The position numbers were made by a program, and so were the translations under genes. The notes beneath the pieces were generated by a model. It did not search any database. It was not told where the DNA came from and saw nothing but the letters and a program-made list of their open reading frames with translations. Shown here piece after piece: positions 50,101 to 59,261 of a DNA stretch of 64,000 nucleotides (the stretch's first letter is position 1; each line of letters starts with the position of its first letter). Origin of the DNA: Phoronis australis (taxonomy: Eukaryota; Animalia; Phoronida); assembly GCA_002633005.1 (NCBI GenBank), contig NMRA01000001.1, positions 1,962,933 to 2,026,932 of the forward strand, written 5' to 3'.

Positions 50101-53100
50101 TCCAATTGATAAATAAATGGAACATGTCCAGAGCTATAATTGTCCTCAAACTTTTTTCCTCGAACTTGGTGCAGAAACTGATCCCATGAAATGATTCCCT
50201 ATTGATTTTGAGAGAAAAAGTGAGTCTTAATGATTGTTGTAGGAGTGATCTTGTGCCGAGATGAAGTAGAATCACTATTTAACACCATTTAAGGAACAAG
50301 GGGCACATTCCCTTATTCAGAATTGCATTGTTCGCAATATATGTAGTGACCATATAAAGTCAGCTTATTGTGAACGTTCCTAAGCAGGCCCCGCGTTTTG
50401 AGAACCAGTTTTCTCCACTCAGTTATGGGCAACAATCTGGTTTCCAATGTCTGAGACCCCTAAGTGTATTATGTCATAATGCCTTGCCATTTGATGTCGT
50501 CTAGTTGAATCCTTTTACTATGATCTACGACTTCAATACCTACAGGTGTTCACTATTGCACGAGAGGGTGAGAAGTCTCGCTACCGCCCATTTAGAGATC
50601 TACATAACCGCCAACTGCTATGGCACGGCTCACGCATGACCAACTGGGCGGGTATTCTGTCCCAGGGTCTGCGTATAGCACCTCCAGAGGCTCCTGTGGT
50701 ATGTGAACACACCAGGTGGAGTTATGAAGAGATTAAAAATAGTCGAGTAGATGCCCATTTCACAACTAGCGAGAGTAAAAAGTTACATTCTGATATACCA
50801 TGGTTTTCAAGAAATGAGGTGACATATTTTGTGGTTGAAAATTGGCGAAAAATTGTAAAAGCACAATTTAAGTTAGTTCATTCATTTACAAATTTTCTTC
50901 TGATTTTCTGCACTTCTTTCACCATAACTTCAACTTAACTGAACATTTTTAAATTGTTAAGGTTTTTGTCAATGTTCTCAAAACAGCTTTGTTTTACCGT
51001 GAATTCTCCTTTTTCATCAGATCACTTATTTCACCATGTAATGCACATCAGGGTTATGGTTATAATTCAGTGCTGTTGTCAATGATCAGCAAAGCTTGTG
51101 TATTGATTGCTGTGACTCCCTCTTTGCATTACAGACGGGCTACATGTTTGGTAAGGGTATATATTTCGCTGACATGGTGTCAAAGAGTGCAAACTACTGC
51201 CGGGCCACCAGGTCTAACCCCATTGCCTGCCTGATGCTATGTGAGGTCGCCCTTGGCAACATGTGAGTACAAAACTGGCAAATCTTGCTGCTAGTTAGAT
51301 TGTTCATTAAGTTACGGGAAAACTCTAAGGCCAGTAGTTTTTGTAAAGTGCTAAAAAAATTTTCTTATGCATGTTGGTGAAATTACAAATCAGGAATGTT
51401 TCGGTGTTGTTTTCTAATGATTCGCCAACGAACTTCTGGTTTTTTTTTTAGTTTTGCCACGTTTTTGACAAAACTTGAGTTCTTTGCGACTTGATTTCCT
51501 GGATTCTCTTTACAGCAAAAAGAGCTGCCGTATTCACATATCACACTGATCCGTAAATCTTGTGCTGTAAAAGTAGTACCTTAAAGATTTGAATTTGTCA
51601 AAAATATAAATTGTCATTACAACTTTTTCTGTGTTGTTCCTGCACATATTTTAAAGCCTAATTTCCAATGCGTATTTTCAGTTTCGTTGTCAGTGCTCCT
51701 TGCTTCATGATTTTCATGCGCCCACATATTTATTTGTGAGGGCATTATTCTGTCATCCCTGTCCGTCCGTCCAACGTCTGGCATCCGCTGCTCTATCTCT
51801 AAGTTCATGTATGTTCATGAAATTTTGTAGATATGTTCCTTTCGTGGATGGGATGGCATGTGCGAATTTTCGAATGGATCGGACTACCGGCGTGTTGCCT
51901 AATGGCAATTTATTTTTTTTTACGTTTACCTCAGTATCTGCAGAGGTCCTTAACAGATTTTCATGAACTTTACCAAATGGGTATCTAGTAGTGAGATGAC
52001 GCTACCTTCTGGTTTTCAGATGGATTCAATGCTTTTTGCGTTATCTAGTGGCCATTTTTATTGCTTCTTAGTCTGTTTTTTGGCGTCGGCCTCTTTATCA
52101 ACCAAACCACTCTAAGGATGATTGTGAAAATTGGCATGTATGTTCCTACTGTGAAGAAGACACTAGATGATGATGATTTTTGGATGATTTCCACTCCTGC
52201 TAGTGGTACTTTTTTTGCTTCCATGGCTGTATCGTAAACCTTCTGCAGGATTTTATAAAAATTTGGCAGTTGTGTTCCTGTGCGACTGATGACAGATGAC
52301 GATGAATTTCGGACCAATTCAAATATCGCTGTGCCCCCTAGTGATAATTTTAGTTTTTTTACATTTGCCTCTGTGTCTTCGGGGTTTCTTGATGGATTTT
52401 TATGAAATTCAGCAGATAGGTTTTTAATAAAAAGGCAATGATGCCATTGCATTTTCGGACGAATTCGTAGGATTTTACAGATTTTATGCCACCATGTGGC
52501 AGTTTTTGTTATCTTTTCAAAATGTGGCAGATGGGCTCCTATAGAGAGGGTAACAGATGATGTTGAGTTTCAGACCGATTGGACTATAGCTGTGCCCCCT
52601 AGTGTCAATTGCTTTTTTATGTTTGTCTCTACATCTTAGGAGTTCCTTGGCTTATGTTCATGAAATTTGCCTTGTGCATTACAGAGATAGTCCCAATTTG
52701 GATGCATTTGACGCATTTTGCGCCATCTAATGGCCATTTTTATGATACTAAAATCACCCATAGAAGTACACTGTTTGTGGTGCTGTCATGGCCACATTTC
52801 AATGCTCGGCACTGCTCTTGTTTAATCACAGGTCATGAATAATTTCTATGACAAAGCATTTTGTAATACACTTCACCTGGGGGTGATCTTTGCAAACCTT
52901 TTCGTTTACACAGTCATTACTTTGTTCATAATCTAATCATGTATTGTCCACAGGCATGAGCTCACAGCTGCTGACTATATTACCAAGTTGCCCAAGGGCA
53001 AACATTCCACTAAAGGCATTGGCATGACAACGCCCAACCCTAGTGAGGCCTTCACATCACCAGATGGTGTCATATACCCCATGGGGAAAGGCATCAAGGC

Positions 53101-53641
53101 CGACATTGGCCGGTCAAGCCTGTTGTACAACGAGTATCCTTTCCTCAGTTGGTCAGAGTTAGTAGAGATAACGTTGCGTTTGATTCTAGATGCTTCTAGA
53201 AAGCATTTGGAGGGTTTCTGCATTTTTCTGTAGGTGAAGTTGGTAGTGTCTTTTACTCTGTTTTTTCAGCCTGTGTCAATGTCATATTGTTAAAATGATA
53301 ATGACTGCATTTGATTGACTTTGGTGCTGCTGCCTGATCAATCGGTTAAGACATCAGATGGGTCTGTAAGCTAGAAACCGTCGTCAAGGGCCAATGAGGT
53401 GTCTCTGCCACTTGACCCAACGGAACTGACGAAGTCAGTCAAGTGTGGTTAATGGGAATTGTATTAGAATCCACAATGTTTCGGGCTCTGTCATTCATAA
53501 TTGTACTCTGGTTGCTCGTTCTCAATGTCTGTTCACTCTGTATCTGCATTCCTTGACTGATCGTCCAGGTATATTGTCTATGATGTAGCACAGGTGAACA
53601 TGAAGTACATGCTAAAGACCAAGTTCAAGTACAAGTTTTAA
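18257..53641 (+). CDS. PARP1: Poly [ADP-ribose] polymerase 1, 26 coding exons, 992 aa
   Basis: All exons join in phase (2979 nt). ZnF1 ([19 protein letters not shown]), ZnF2 ([19 protein letters not shown]), ZnF3/PADR1, BRCT, WGR (RSWGRVGT), helical domain, catalytic domain with [36 protein letters not shown] (H-Y-E triad). Confidence 0.97.
18556..18630 (+). mobile_element. tRNA-derived SINE head or tRNA pseudogene
   Basis: A-box-like TGGCCTGGTTGA and B-box GGTTCAAGTCC at tRNA-like spacing; no complete cloverleaf. Confidence 0.5.
18924..19053. repeat. Palindromic (foldback) dispersed element
   Basis: Perfect 28-bp central palindrome CACTGAATAATGGGCCCATTATTCAGTG with complementary arms GTGGTCCCTGATTTTGAGAACCAG / CTGGTTCTCAAAATCAGGGACCAC; related partial copies near 16810, 18800, 45210, 50390. 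Confidence 0.8.
19654..21458 (+). mobile_element. HINE-type non-autonomous Helentron-associated element with ~150-bp core tandem repeats
   Basis: Starts TTTTTATGCGTCCACATA with hairpin GCGTCCACATA/TATGTGGACGC, then a CGTC-rich microsatellite, about 11 core repeats each with a CCTAGTGG-type motif, subterminal IR TGTGGGCGCAT, ends GCTCTTGTT. Confidence 0.8.
21940..22190 (-). pseudogene. Degenerate restriction-like endonuclease fragment of an R2-group (Hero/NeSL-like) non-LTR retrotransposon
   Basis: TVPW..RK..K..L..EC..NGW....PLEIGARGF motif, frameshifted. Confidence 0.65.
22278..23856 (-). mobile_element. CAGGGCTT MITE (6-bp TSD AGTTAA) split by a nested HINE
   Basis: CAGGGCTTGGAA at 22278; TTCCAAACCCTG ending 23856; AGTTAA on both flanks; body 23610-23856 is the reverse complement of the 4785 element. 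Confidence 0.8.
22291..23609 (+). mobile_element. HINE copy nested in MITE
   Basis: TTTTATGGACCCACATATTTATATG...GTTGCTCTT with CCTAGTGG core repeats, inserted in a T run. Confidence 0.8.
24173..24193 (+). CDS. PARP1: PARP1 exon 2 (21-nt microexon)
   Basis: poly-T-cag|SPMFDGK|gtaagt, the conserved ZnF1 segment following AIMVQ. Confidence 0.92.
24545..24674 (+). CDS. PARP1: PARP1 exon 3
   Basis: [11 protein letters not shown]...[20 protein letters not shown]|gtaggt. Confidence 0.92.
25217..25344 (+). CDS. PARP1: PARP1 exon 4 (ZnF2)
   Basis: [32 protein letters not shown]|gtaagt. Confidence 0.93.
26731..26870 (+). CDS. PARP1: PARP1 exon 5
   Basis: [39 protein letters not shown]...|gtaagt. 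Confidence 0.92.
27563..27631 (+). CDS. PARP1: PARP1 exon 6
   Basis: [22 protein letters not shown], phase 2-2. Confidence 0.88.
28143..28221 (+). CDS. PARP1: PARP1 exon 7 (bipartite NLS-like)
   Basis: [26 protein letters not shown]|gtaaca. Confidence 0.88.
29358..29474 (+). CDS. PARP1: PARP1 exon 8
   Basis: [39 protein letters not shown]. Confidence 0.92.
29654..30202. repeat. Exact 108-bp direct duplication around a single-N contig join
   Basis: 29654-29761 is identical to 30095-30202; N at 29762. Confidence 0.9.
30423..31707. mobile_element. Non-autonomous DNA transposon with perfect 15-bp TIRs and 7-bp TSD
   Basis: CAGACCTGTGTACCA ... TGGTACACAGGTCTG flanked by TGTAAAC at 30416-30422 and 31708-31714. 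Confidence 0.85.
31759..31847 (+). CDS. PARP1: PARP1 exon 9 (ZnF3/PADR1)
   Basis: [29 protein letters not shown]|gtaaga. Confidence 0.92.
32360..32476 (+). CDS. PARP1: PARP1 exon 10
   Basis: [38 protein letters not shown]|gtaagt. Confidence 0.93.
32556..32745 (+). mobile_element. tRNA-derived SINE
   Basis: A box TGGCTCAGTGG, degenerate B box; body AGCATTGCACAAA shared with the reverse copy at 45470-45672. Confidence 0.7.
33650..33884 (-). mobile_element. Degenerate copy of the CAGGGCTT MITE family
   Basis: Ends TTCAAGCCCTG; body similar to the reverse complement of the 4785 element. Confidence 0.7.
33968..34051 (+). CDS. PARP1: PARP1 exon 11
   Basis: [27 protein letters not shown]|gtaagg. 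Confidence 0.9.
34981..37140 (+). mobile_element. Degenerate HINE copy interrupted by a LINE fragment
   Basis: TTATGCGCCCACATATTTATG start, CTAGTGG cores, TGCTCTTGTT end. Confidence 0.7.
35731..36720 (-). pseudogene. Degenerate 3' fragment of an RNase H-bearing non-LTR retrotransposon (I/Ingi-like)
   Basis: Broken frames give [44 protein letters not shown], matching RNase H motifs (TDGS, E, TD, VPGHAG..N..AD.LA). Confidence 0.75.
37749..37872 (+). other. Candidate alternative PARP1 exon encoding a hydrophobic N-terminus (or poison exon)
   Basis: tttcttttttattaacag acceptor; ctgATGG at 37757; [38 protein letters not shown] plus AG|gtactt, phase 2 matching exon 12. Confidence 0.4.
37902..38969 (+). 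mobile_element. HINE copy
   Basis: TTTTTATGCACCCACGTATTTATATG...CGCTCTTGT with CTAGTGG cores. Confidence 0.75.
39473..39978 (+). mobile_element. Short HINE copy
   Basis: TTTTTGTGTGCCCACATATTTATAG...TTCAATGCTCCGCGTTACTCTT. Confidence 0.7.
40790..41165 (+). pseudogene. Penelope-like element GIY-YIG endonuclease fragment
   Basis: [15 protein letters not shown]...TAVSEY...GH; frameshifted continuation KIKESITI...[15 protein letters not shown]. Confidence 0.8.
41424..41575 (+). CDS. PARP1: PARP1 exon 12 (BRCT)
   Basis: [14 protein letters not shown]...[23 protein letters not shown]|gtaaca. Confidence 0.92.
41650..41862. mobile_element. Small TIR element (PIF/Harbinger-like MITE)
   Basis: TTCCAAGAAAACTGACTAA at left and TTAGTCAATTTCTTGGAA at right. 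Confidence 0.55.
42173..42318 (+). CDS. PARP1: PARP1 exon 13 (BRCT)
   Basis: [28 protein letters not shown]...IAPWGGD|gtaagt. Confidence 0.93.
42964..43045 (+). CDS. PARP1: PARP1 exon 14
   Basis: [27 protein letters not shown]|gtgaga; needed for the phase 0 to 1 transition. Confidence 0.85.
43151..43807 (+). mobile_element. Degenerate HINE copy
   Basis: CTAGTGG cores and TTCAACGCTTTGCATTGCTCTTGTT end. Confidence 0.65.
44092..44155. repeat. (CA)n microsatellite
   Basis: Visible CA run. Confidence 0.9.
44536..44613 (+). CDS. PARP1: PARP1 exon 15
   Basis: [25 protein letters not shown]|gtaagg. Confidence 0.93.
45026..45158 (+). CDS. PARP1: PARP1 exon 16 (WGR)
   Basis: [38 protein letters not shown]. 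Confidence 0.93.
45470..45672 (-). mobile_element. tRNA-derived SINE
   Basis: Minus strand TGTGGCTCAGTGG...GGGTTCAAATCC (A and B boxes); same family as 32556. Confidence 0.75.
45871..46069 (+). CDS. PARP1: PARP1 exon 17 (WGR)
   Basis: [18 protein letters not shown]...[10 protein letters not shown]. Confidence 0.95.
46655..47000 (+). pseudogene. Penelope-like (Neptune-type) GIY-YIG fragment with downstream hammerhead-like relic
   Basis: QYVG...NHRFNI...GNHFNSKNH...QIIE...[21 protein letters not shown]; then gTGACGA-aGGAT..ATCC-GAAA at 46967-46994. Confidence 0.8.
47292..47420 (+). CDS. PARP1: PARP1 exon 18
   Basis: [28 protein letters not shown]|gtgagg. Confidence 0.94.
48187..48270 (+). 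CDS. PARP1: PARP1 exon 19
   Basis: [28 protein letters not shown]. Confidence 0.95.
48510..48632 (+). CDS. PARP1: PARP1 exon 20
   Basis: [24 protein letters not shown]. Confidence 0.95.
49507..49632 (+). CDS. PARP1: PARP1 exon 21
   Basis: [19 protein letters not shown]...[15 protein letters not shown]. Confidence 0.95.
49741..49839 (+). CDS. PARP1: PARP1 exon 22
   Basis: [33 protein letters not shown]. Confidence 0.95.
50546..50698 (+). CDS. PARP1: PARP1 exon 23 (catalytic His)
   Basis: [33 protein letters not shown]. Confidence 0.97.
51135..51262 (+). CDS. PARP1: PARP1 exon 24 (catalytic Tyr)
   Basis: [22 protein letters not shown]...CEVALGN. Confidence 0.97.
51711..52822 (+). mobile_element. 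HINE copy
   Basis: TTTTCATGCGCCCACATATTT, GTCC microsatellite, CTAGTG cores, TGCTCTTGTT end. Confidence 0.75.
52954..53133 (+). CDS. PARP1: PARP1 exon 25
   Basis: [23 protein letters not shown]...SSLLYN plus GA|gtatcctt. Confidence 0.94.
53134..53568 (+). other. U12-type (minor spliceosome) GT-AG intron
   Basis: 5' site GTATCCTTT; branch site TTCCTTGAC at 53549-53557 close to the 3' CAG; no polypyrimidine tract. Confidence 0.92.
53569..53641 (+). CDS. PARP1: PARP1 exon 26 (terminal)
   Basis: (E)[23 protein letters not shown]. Confidence 0.94.
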
Positions 53642-56600
53642 ATGACCTTGTTATGATTCCTGCCATTGTGTGAAAGCTTTCAGGATATCGCTGCCAGGTG
53701 TGTCTTGAGTTACTATGTATGAGATGGTGATTTACTGAGACATTGACAAACTACTACCAGTGGTCACTAACAGTATAGACTTTAGTGTAGAGGTAATTGC
53801 TTCAGTCCTATCCTAGCACTGTTAGTTGATGTAGTGAGTGCAGTGACCGCACTTTAAAGTTACAAAGTCTTGGTCACTCTGTTCTTAGTCTGATGTTACC
53901 AGCAGGCATTGTTGGTGCGATACAGCCTCTTCAAGGTACATGCTTCAATGCTGCTACTAGCATAAATGCTTATTAAGACATTAGTAAGATTTTGATTACA
54001 TTGCCTTTTCTATGCTGGTACAAAAGTCAACCGTAGGGCTCTCTGTATTTGTTTTAGTTGACAGTGCCAGCGCACCCTGGTGGGTTTTACCAGCAGTGGG
54101 TGAATTGTTTATATCCAGTATCACATCTAACTTCATTATGTTAAGGTTGCAGTCATTCACGGGGATTAACTGGACACCGCGTCGTTTGTTAAAGATCAAA
54201 GATGTCACCCTCTCTGCCCAAGTGTATTGCCAGTTGTTTGTTGTATTCAGTCAATGTCAGGCAACAAATAGTCTGTAAGGTTTCCTGGTATAGTGCTGTC
54301 TTCTGCATGAATTTCATTCACTGTAACCTTGGTCTGTATGTCATTGGAATATTTGCTTTGTATCCCAGAAAAAAAAAACTTCTAAAATTTGGTTACTGCT
54401 TTTTATTACTTGGTGAAATGAAATTTTTCCAAGTCTGTTACTGTCGGGCATTTTCTGTTTGTTGCTTTTTTGTTTGTATGCTCGCTTACAGGTTTTCTGT
54501 TCAAGTGACATGAAATTTTTACACAATATGTATCTTGTGAAAACTTTGAAGTCTATTTTCAAGCTAGTATGGACTGAAGATGGTGCTGTGGCAGTTATTT
54601 TTCAAATATTTGCTTTGCAGAGCTCTAAAATTTGATCTGCAGATAAGACTCATCAAGCAACATCTGCATGGTGGCATCTGCTTCTTGCTATGACTTATCA
54701 TCTTTGTGTCTTTCAGGAATTTCCAATGATTGCTCTTTTTTGATCCGATTTCTCATGCGTAGAGGCATTGTGTTTTAACGAGATCTGTCTGAAATTTGGT
54801 ACTGTGTGAATAGATCTTGTCATTAGGTGCAAGAAGTGTAGAAAAAGTTTTTCGGCCGACTTCTCGTTCTTGAGTTATTTGAGATTGATTTATTGATGAC
54901 ATTTCTCAGGCTTCTGTGTACTCATAGGTCTCCAAGTTCAAGAATAATGTTGGTTCTATGCCTTTCCTGTCATCCGCACTCAACAGTTACTCCTCAATAA
55001 CTCCATCTTTTACCTAATTGTGCCTTTGCTGGCACCTTGACGGCCATTTTTGTAACTTCTTTGCTTTGTGAAGCCCTAGTCGCACAATCATTTGAGCTAT
55101 TCTGAAATTAAGTATGTAGATAGATCTTGTTAAGATCTAGCTAAGTAAGTTGTCCATTTGTCGCTGCCACATACAGTTGCCATTATTGATTATGGCAGTG
55201 TTTTCATGTCTGCGAGGTCAATTTTGGTGGCTTTGATATCATTTTTGGTGTTTCAGTGTTTCTGCTGGAATCCTAGTCTAGGACAGTATTGTTGGTAACA
55301 TTGAGAGATCGTTGTAACGTTGTCGGTGTACGACATATATGAAACCAATTGAATGATATAAGAAATATATTGCCAAAGTAAGCAGCATTAAAACAAACCA
55401 CATCCAAATAACTATAACACATGCAGGAAAACTATTTATACAGGTCATAGTAACACTGATTAAGCGCTACCAGAACTAATAAACATCTGGTAGAAACTCA
55501 ATACATGACAATCGTCTTCTGCATCATCTGTAGTGTCATTGCCTTTGTCGTGAGGGGTAATGTTGCAACTAAGGATAAGCACTGGAATTGTTTGAAAGTG
55601 CAATTATGCCAGAAATAGTTGTGTGGCACCTATGAACAAACTGCTGACCTAAAAGTCTTACAGATATGTAAGACCTTATTGACAAACCAAATATTTACAA
55701 ACCTCTGTTTTAACTTGGTGTACAATTTGATTTTTTACTTTTTACCAATCTGCCATTAATTTGTGTCATTGACTTTTTGTCTAAATTTAGTAAAGAAAGA
55801 TACATTGATGGCAAAACAATGTAAACATAACATGTCAAAACATGGTTTGGCATAAATGTTCCAAGCTGCAGTCTTAAAAATGGCATTTTGTTTGATGCAA
55901 CTTTTTCGGGGGTTTTTTTCGTGAAAATCATAAAATTCCTGCTTTTTATAGCCCTTGTGCAAAAGTGAATGATTTAAAAACATTTTAGGAACGTTTTGAC
56001 CAGCAGTGCTCTAAGCATAGCATGTGAAAGTTTCATATGAATTCAGTTGGCCAATTCTGGGATATGATGTTTTCTAGGGTTCTTCATTTTTCATGAAACA
56101 TGCCCCTGAACATTGTGTATAGAGGCATATAAATGGTGCGTGAGAGATCAACGCTTACCAACTGTCCTTGTAGCAGTTATGATTCACTGTGATTTGTAAT
56201 ATACTGGTACATTATCAGGTCGTAAGGCCAGTGGTCTAGTAACCACAGTTTTCAAAGGAAAAACGCTGAGTCCCAGAAACTGCAGGTTGACGGCTTTTTC
56301 CTGTTCTTAGAACAGTTTAGCATTAATGCACTTTAACGACTTGCCTTTGTTCCCCATGTTGCTTGTTACGTTAAAAGCTAGACAAGCTATTATCCTGTAT
56401 TAATGGGATCTACTGTAGGATATAAGGGGGAGGGCAAGTCATAATTTTCAAATAAAAAGAACTTAATGGAAGTCCCAGAAACAACATGCCTATAAATGAA
56501 CGAATCTTTATGACACCTACCTGTGCAAATGCACTCAAATCACTCTAATTTTGTGGTTATAGGATGGTTTAGCATGACGTCATTGTGACGTTTTGGACCC

Positions 56601-57520
56601 AGTGTGACGGCATGGTTGTTTTTGTTTCCTGGTTGCGTCATTTACTGCCATGACACGTCATCCATAAACATCTGAATAAGTCGTTCTAAGAAGTATAAAT
56701 ATATAGAGCAGCGCACATAACAATTTACCAAAGAGTTGTATCAAATGGTCGGTGTGTATTTTTAAACATTCAGATGACTGTCTCTTTTGCAACTGTTAAT
56801 AATGGAAATATTGAAAATTGCAGGCGTCTATATACCTCCTTGTAAAACCGTAACCTTTCAGCTACCTCTCGCGAATAACGATGACGCCTGCGTGAACGGT
56901 TGCAACGGCCTCTTGCGGGCGGATTGAGTTACCTCTGCCCAGCCAGCTACCTGTATGAAGACTATCGTCGAAAAATATATTTAGTATGCAGCTTTGCGCA
57001 AAGTCTAAGGTACCCTCAAACCTGATGGCGTTTTTTGCAAGCTCGTTTTCACATGACCACTAAACTAAAAACTTGGCTTAGTTAACTTCGTGTTGGTTAG
57101 TGAATGTGCTTGCTTGCTTTTTTATTCGCCTTGTTGGAAACAACTTCGACAATAAACTAATGAGTTCGCCCTCTGTATAGTTATCTCCCTTTTCGCTGGT
57201 GCTGAGCGCCATTGGGATACCTGTTGTTTTCAAGTCCGGTAATCATTGAATGGCAGCTTAAGAATGGCAGCCTCCTTTGAATGCCGCGTAGCAAGGTCTA
57301 CGCAAGCATGAAACTTCATCTCCCAGCTAGTCTGAGCCACTCATGTGTCTGACCCTCATGTGAATTCATGAACATACAAACGGAAAATAAACGTTTAAAT
57401 AAATAACTATATTACATATATTTGCGTATTTACAGTATAGTAACGAAAACAATCCTACAATAGTTGATAAAAACAGTTAACATTTCTACGAACTCCTTAA
57501 CAATGAAAAACATCAAGTGT

Positions 57521-57646
57521 TTATACCACATAGGTCTATAGATATGGCCGCGCAATAACGGTGTCACGTGCAATGAGGAAGAGGTCACGTGACACGGTTA
57601 GTGCACGAGAAAGAAATGTGAATTAAATCCTTAATATGTGGTATAA
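57521..57646. repeat. Short foldback element with 12-bp TIRs
   Basis: TTATACCACATA ... TATGTGGTATAA with internal GTCACGTG repeats. Confidence 0.5.
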
Positions 57647-59156
57647 ATGTGTTAAATTGTACACGTTTTTTTTTGGGCGATGTTACCAGCAGTGGTTGCT
57701 GCGCCGAGTAACTATTTTCACTCTGCCTGTTGGGAATACTTTCTGCAACACAAGGAAGGGGGAGGGGCTACGGCCCCGGACATCCACATCAGGGCCGTGC
57801 ATTCAATCACTATGAATAGAATTTTTTAAATTGTGACTGATTGTAGTTATGTTAATGTTTAATGAAGTTTCTATTTTTTTACATTTCTTAGTACTAGGTT
57901 GCATGAATCCTATAAAAAATCGGCATTTCACCAAACCTCTGCAGGTTACTGCGGTGCAGCAACTTCGGCTAATAACATCGCCCACTCGTGTATTTATATA
58001 TTCATTGAATCACTTGAAAAACATCACTCGACGTAACTTTGATGTTGGTCATTTCAAAAACATTTATCACATCAAGATGTAAATATTTCTGTTCACTAAA
58101 TTGTACAAAATGTTCTCACACTGTGGTTACTTTGCAGGTATGCGGAAACAATAAAAGTGTTAGGTATGTTAACGTAACCGGCTTTATTTGAAAGAGCGCC
58201 CACTTCATTTGTGCATTTAAAGTTATCAAACAATGCCCTGGACAAGATGGCGGCTTGCCACGTGTTAGTGTTGAGCATTTCTTCACACTTTATTCTTCCT
58301 TTGCCATTTAAAGGGGAGTATCGCCGCTGTTTAGCTGTCAATGTTGAATTCTTAGCCGAATCGCTTTGGAGTTTAAGAATACGCCTATCCCATCTTGAAT
58401 TTTGCCGAATGACCCGCAAACTGTTAGTCATAGGCAATGCGTACGGGCATGCTCCATTTTCAAATTGTGGATTTCAGGGTTAGCCAACCCCGATATACTT
58501 AGAAGCTTTTTCTCCTAAATCCCTGATAGTTACGCTGTTTTTGTTGAGTGAAGTCGAATCTTGTCACTGTAAGAACTGTTATGGGACCGGTTTTATGAGA
58601 GTGGAAGGCCGATTCGATTTTCATTTTTAGCCAGTTTAACAGGGAGAAATTTGTAATTTTAAGTTAAAAAGTGCGCGTTTGGTTTCTTTTTCGAAAGGCT
58701 AAACGAGCGTTTAAGTTTGAATAAGTGTACGTATTGAGTGGGCGCTTTTTCGTAAGTCCGCATAACATGTGTCGGGTGGTGCCGGTTGTCTTAGCACTCG
58801 TCATTGATATATAGTTGCGATCTGAATGCCTTTGAATCGAAATTGACAAATTGTTCTTGTCGATAAAAAGCAGCGTCGTATTTTTCCCGAATACGATAAA
58901 ATACGGGGACATCTGACTCGGGGAACATTTAAATCAAATATATTGCCTCTTCACGACATTTGGTGACAAGGCTCCTTTACATTTCCAGTGAACTTTTTAG
59001 ACTTCCGTGAATGGGGACTTCTAGCTTTTCTTAAGTTTGAGTATTACCAGAGTGGAATGCACAAGTACTAATGGATTCAGTTACAGCGGCGACTTCAGTC
59101 GTAAGCTTACACAATCTGAGCAATACTACCAAAATGCAACAAATAATATCGAATAA

Positions 59157-59261
59157 TCAGTCAACAGGGCCAGGTTTCTCGGGTAGTGTGGACAGTCCGT
59201 TTCCGTTTTCTGCAAGTGAGGGATCTGGTGGCACCATTGCCCATGGTGGAGTAAAAACGTC
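59157..59261 (-). CDS. Sushi-domain protein putative terminal exon
   Basis: ttcttttcag|DVFTPPWAMVPPDPSLAENGNGLSTLPEKPGPVD*. Confidence 0.55.
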   Translation of the reverse strand, partial: DVFTPPWAMVPPDPSLAENGNGLSTLPEKPGPVD

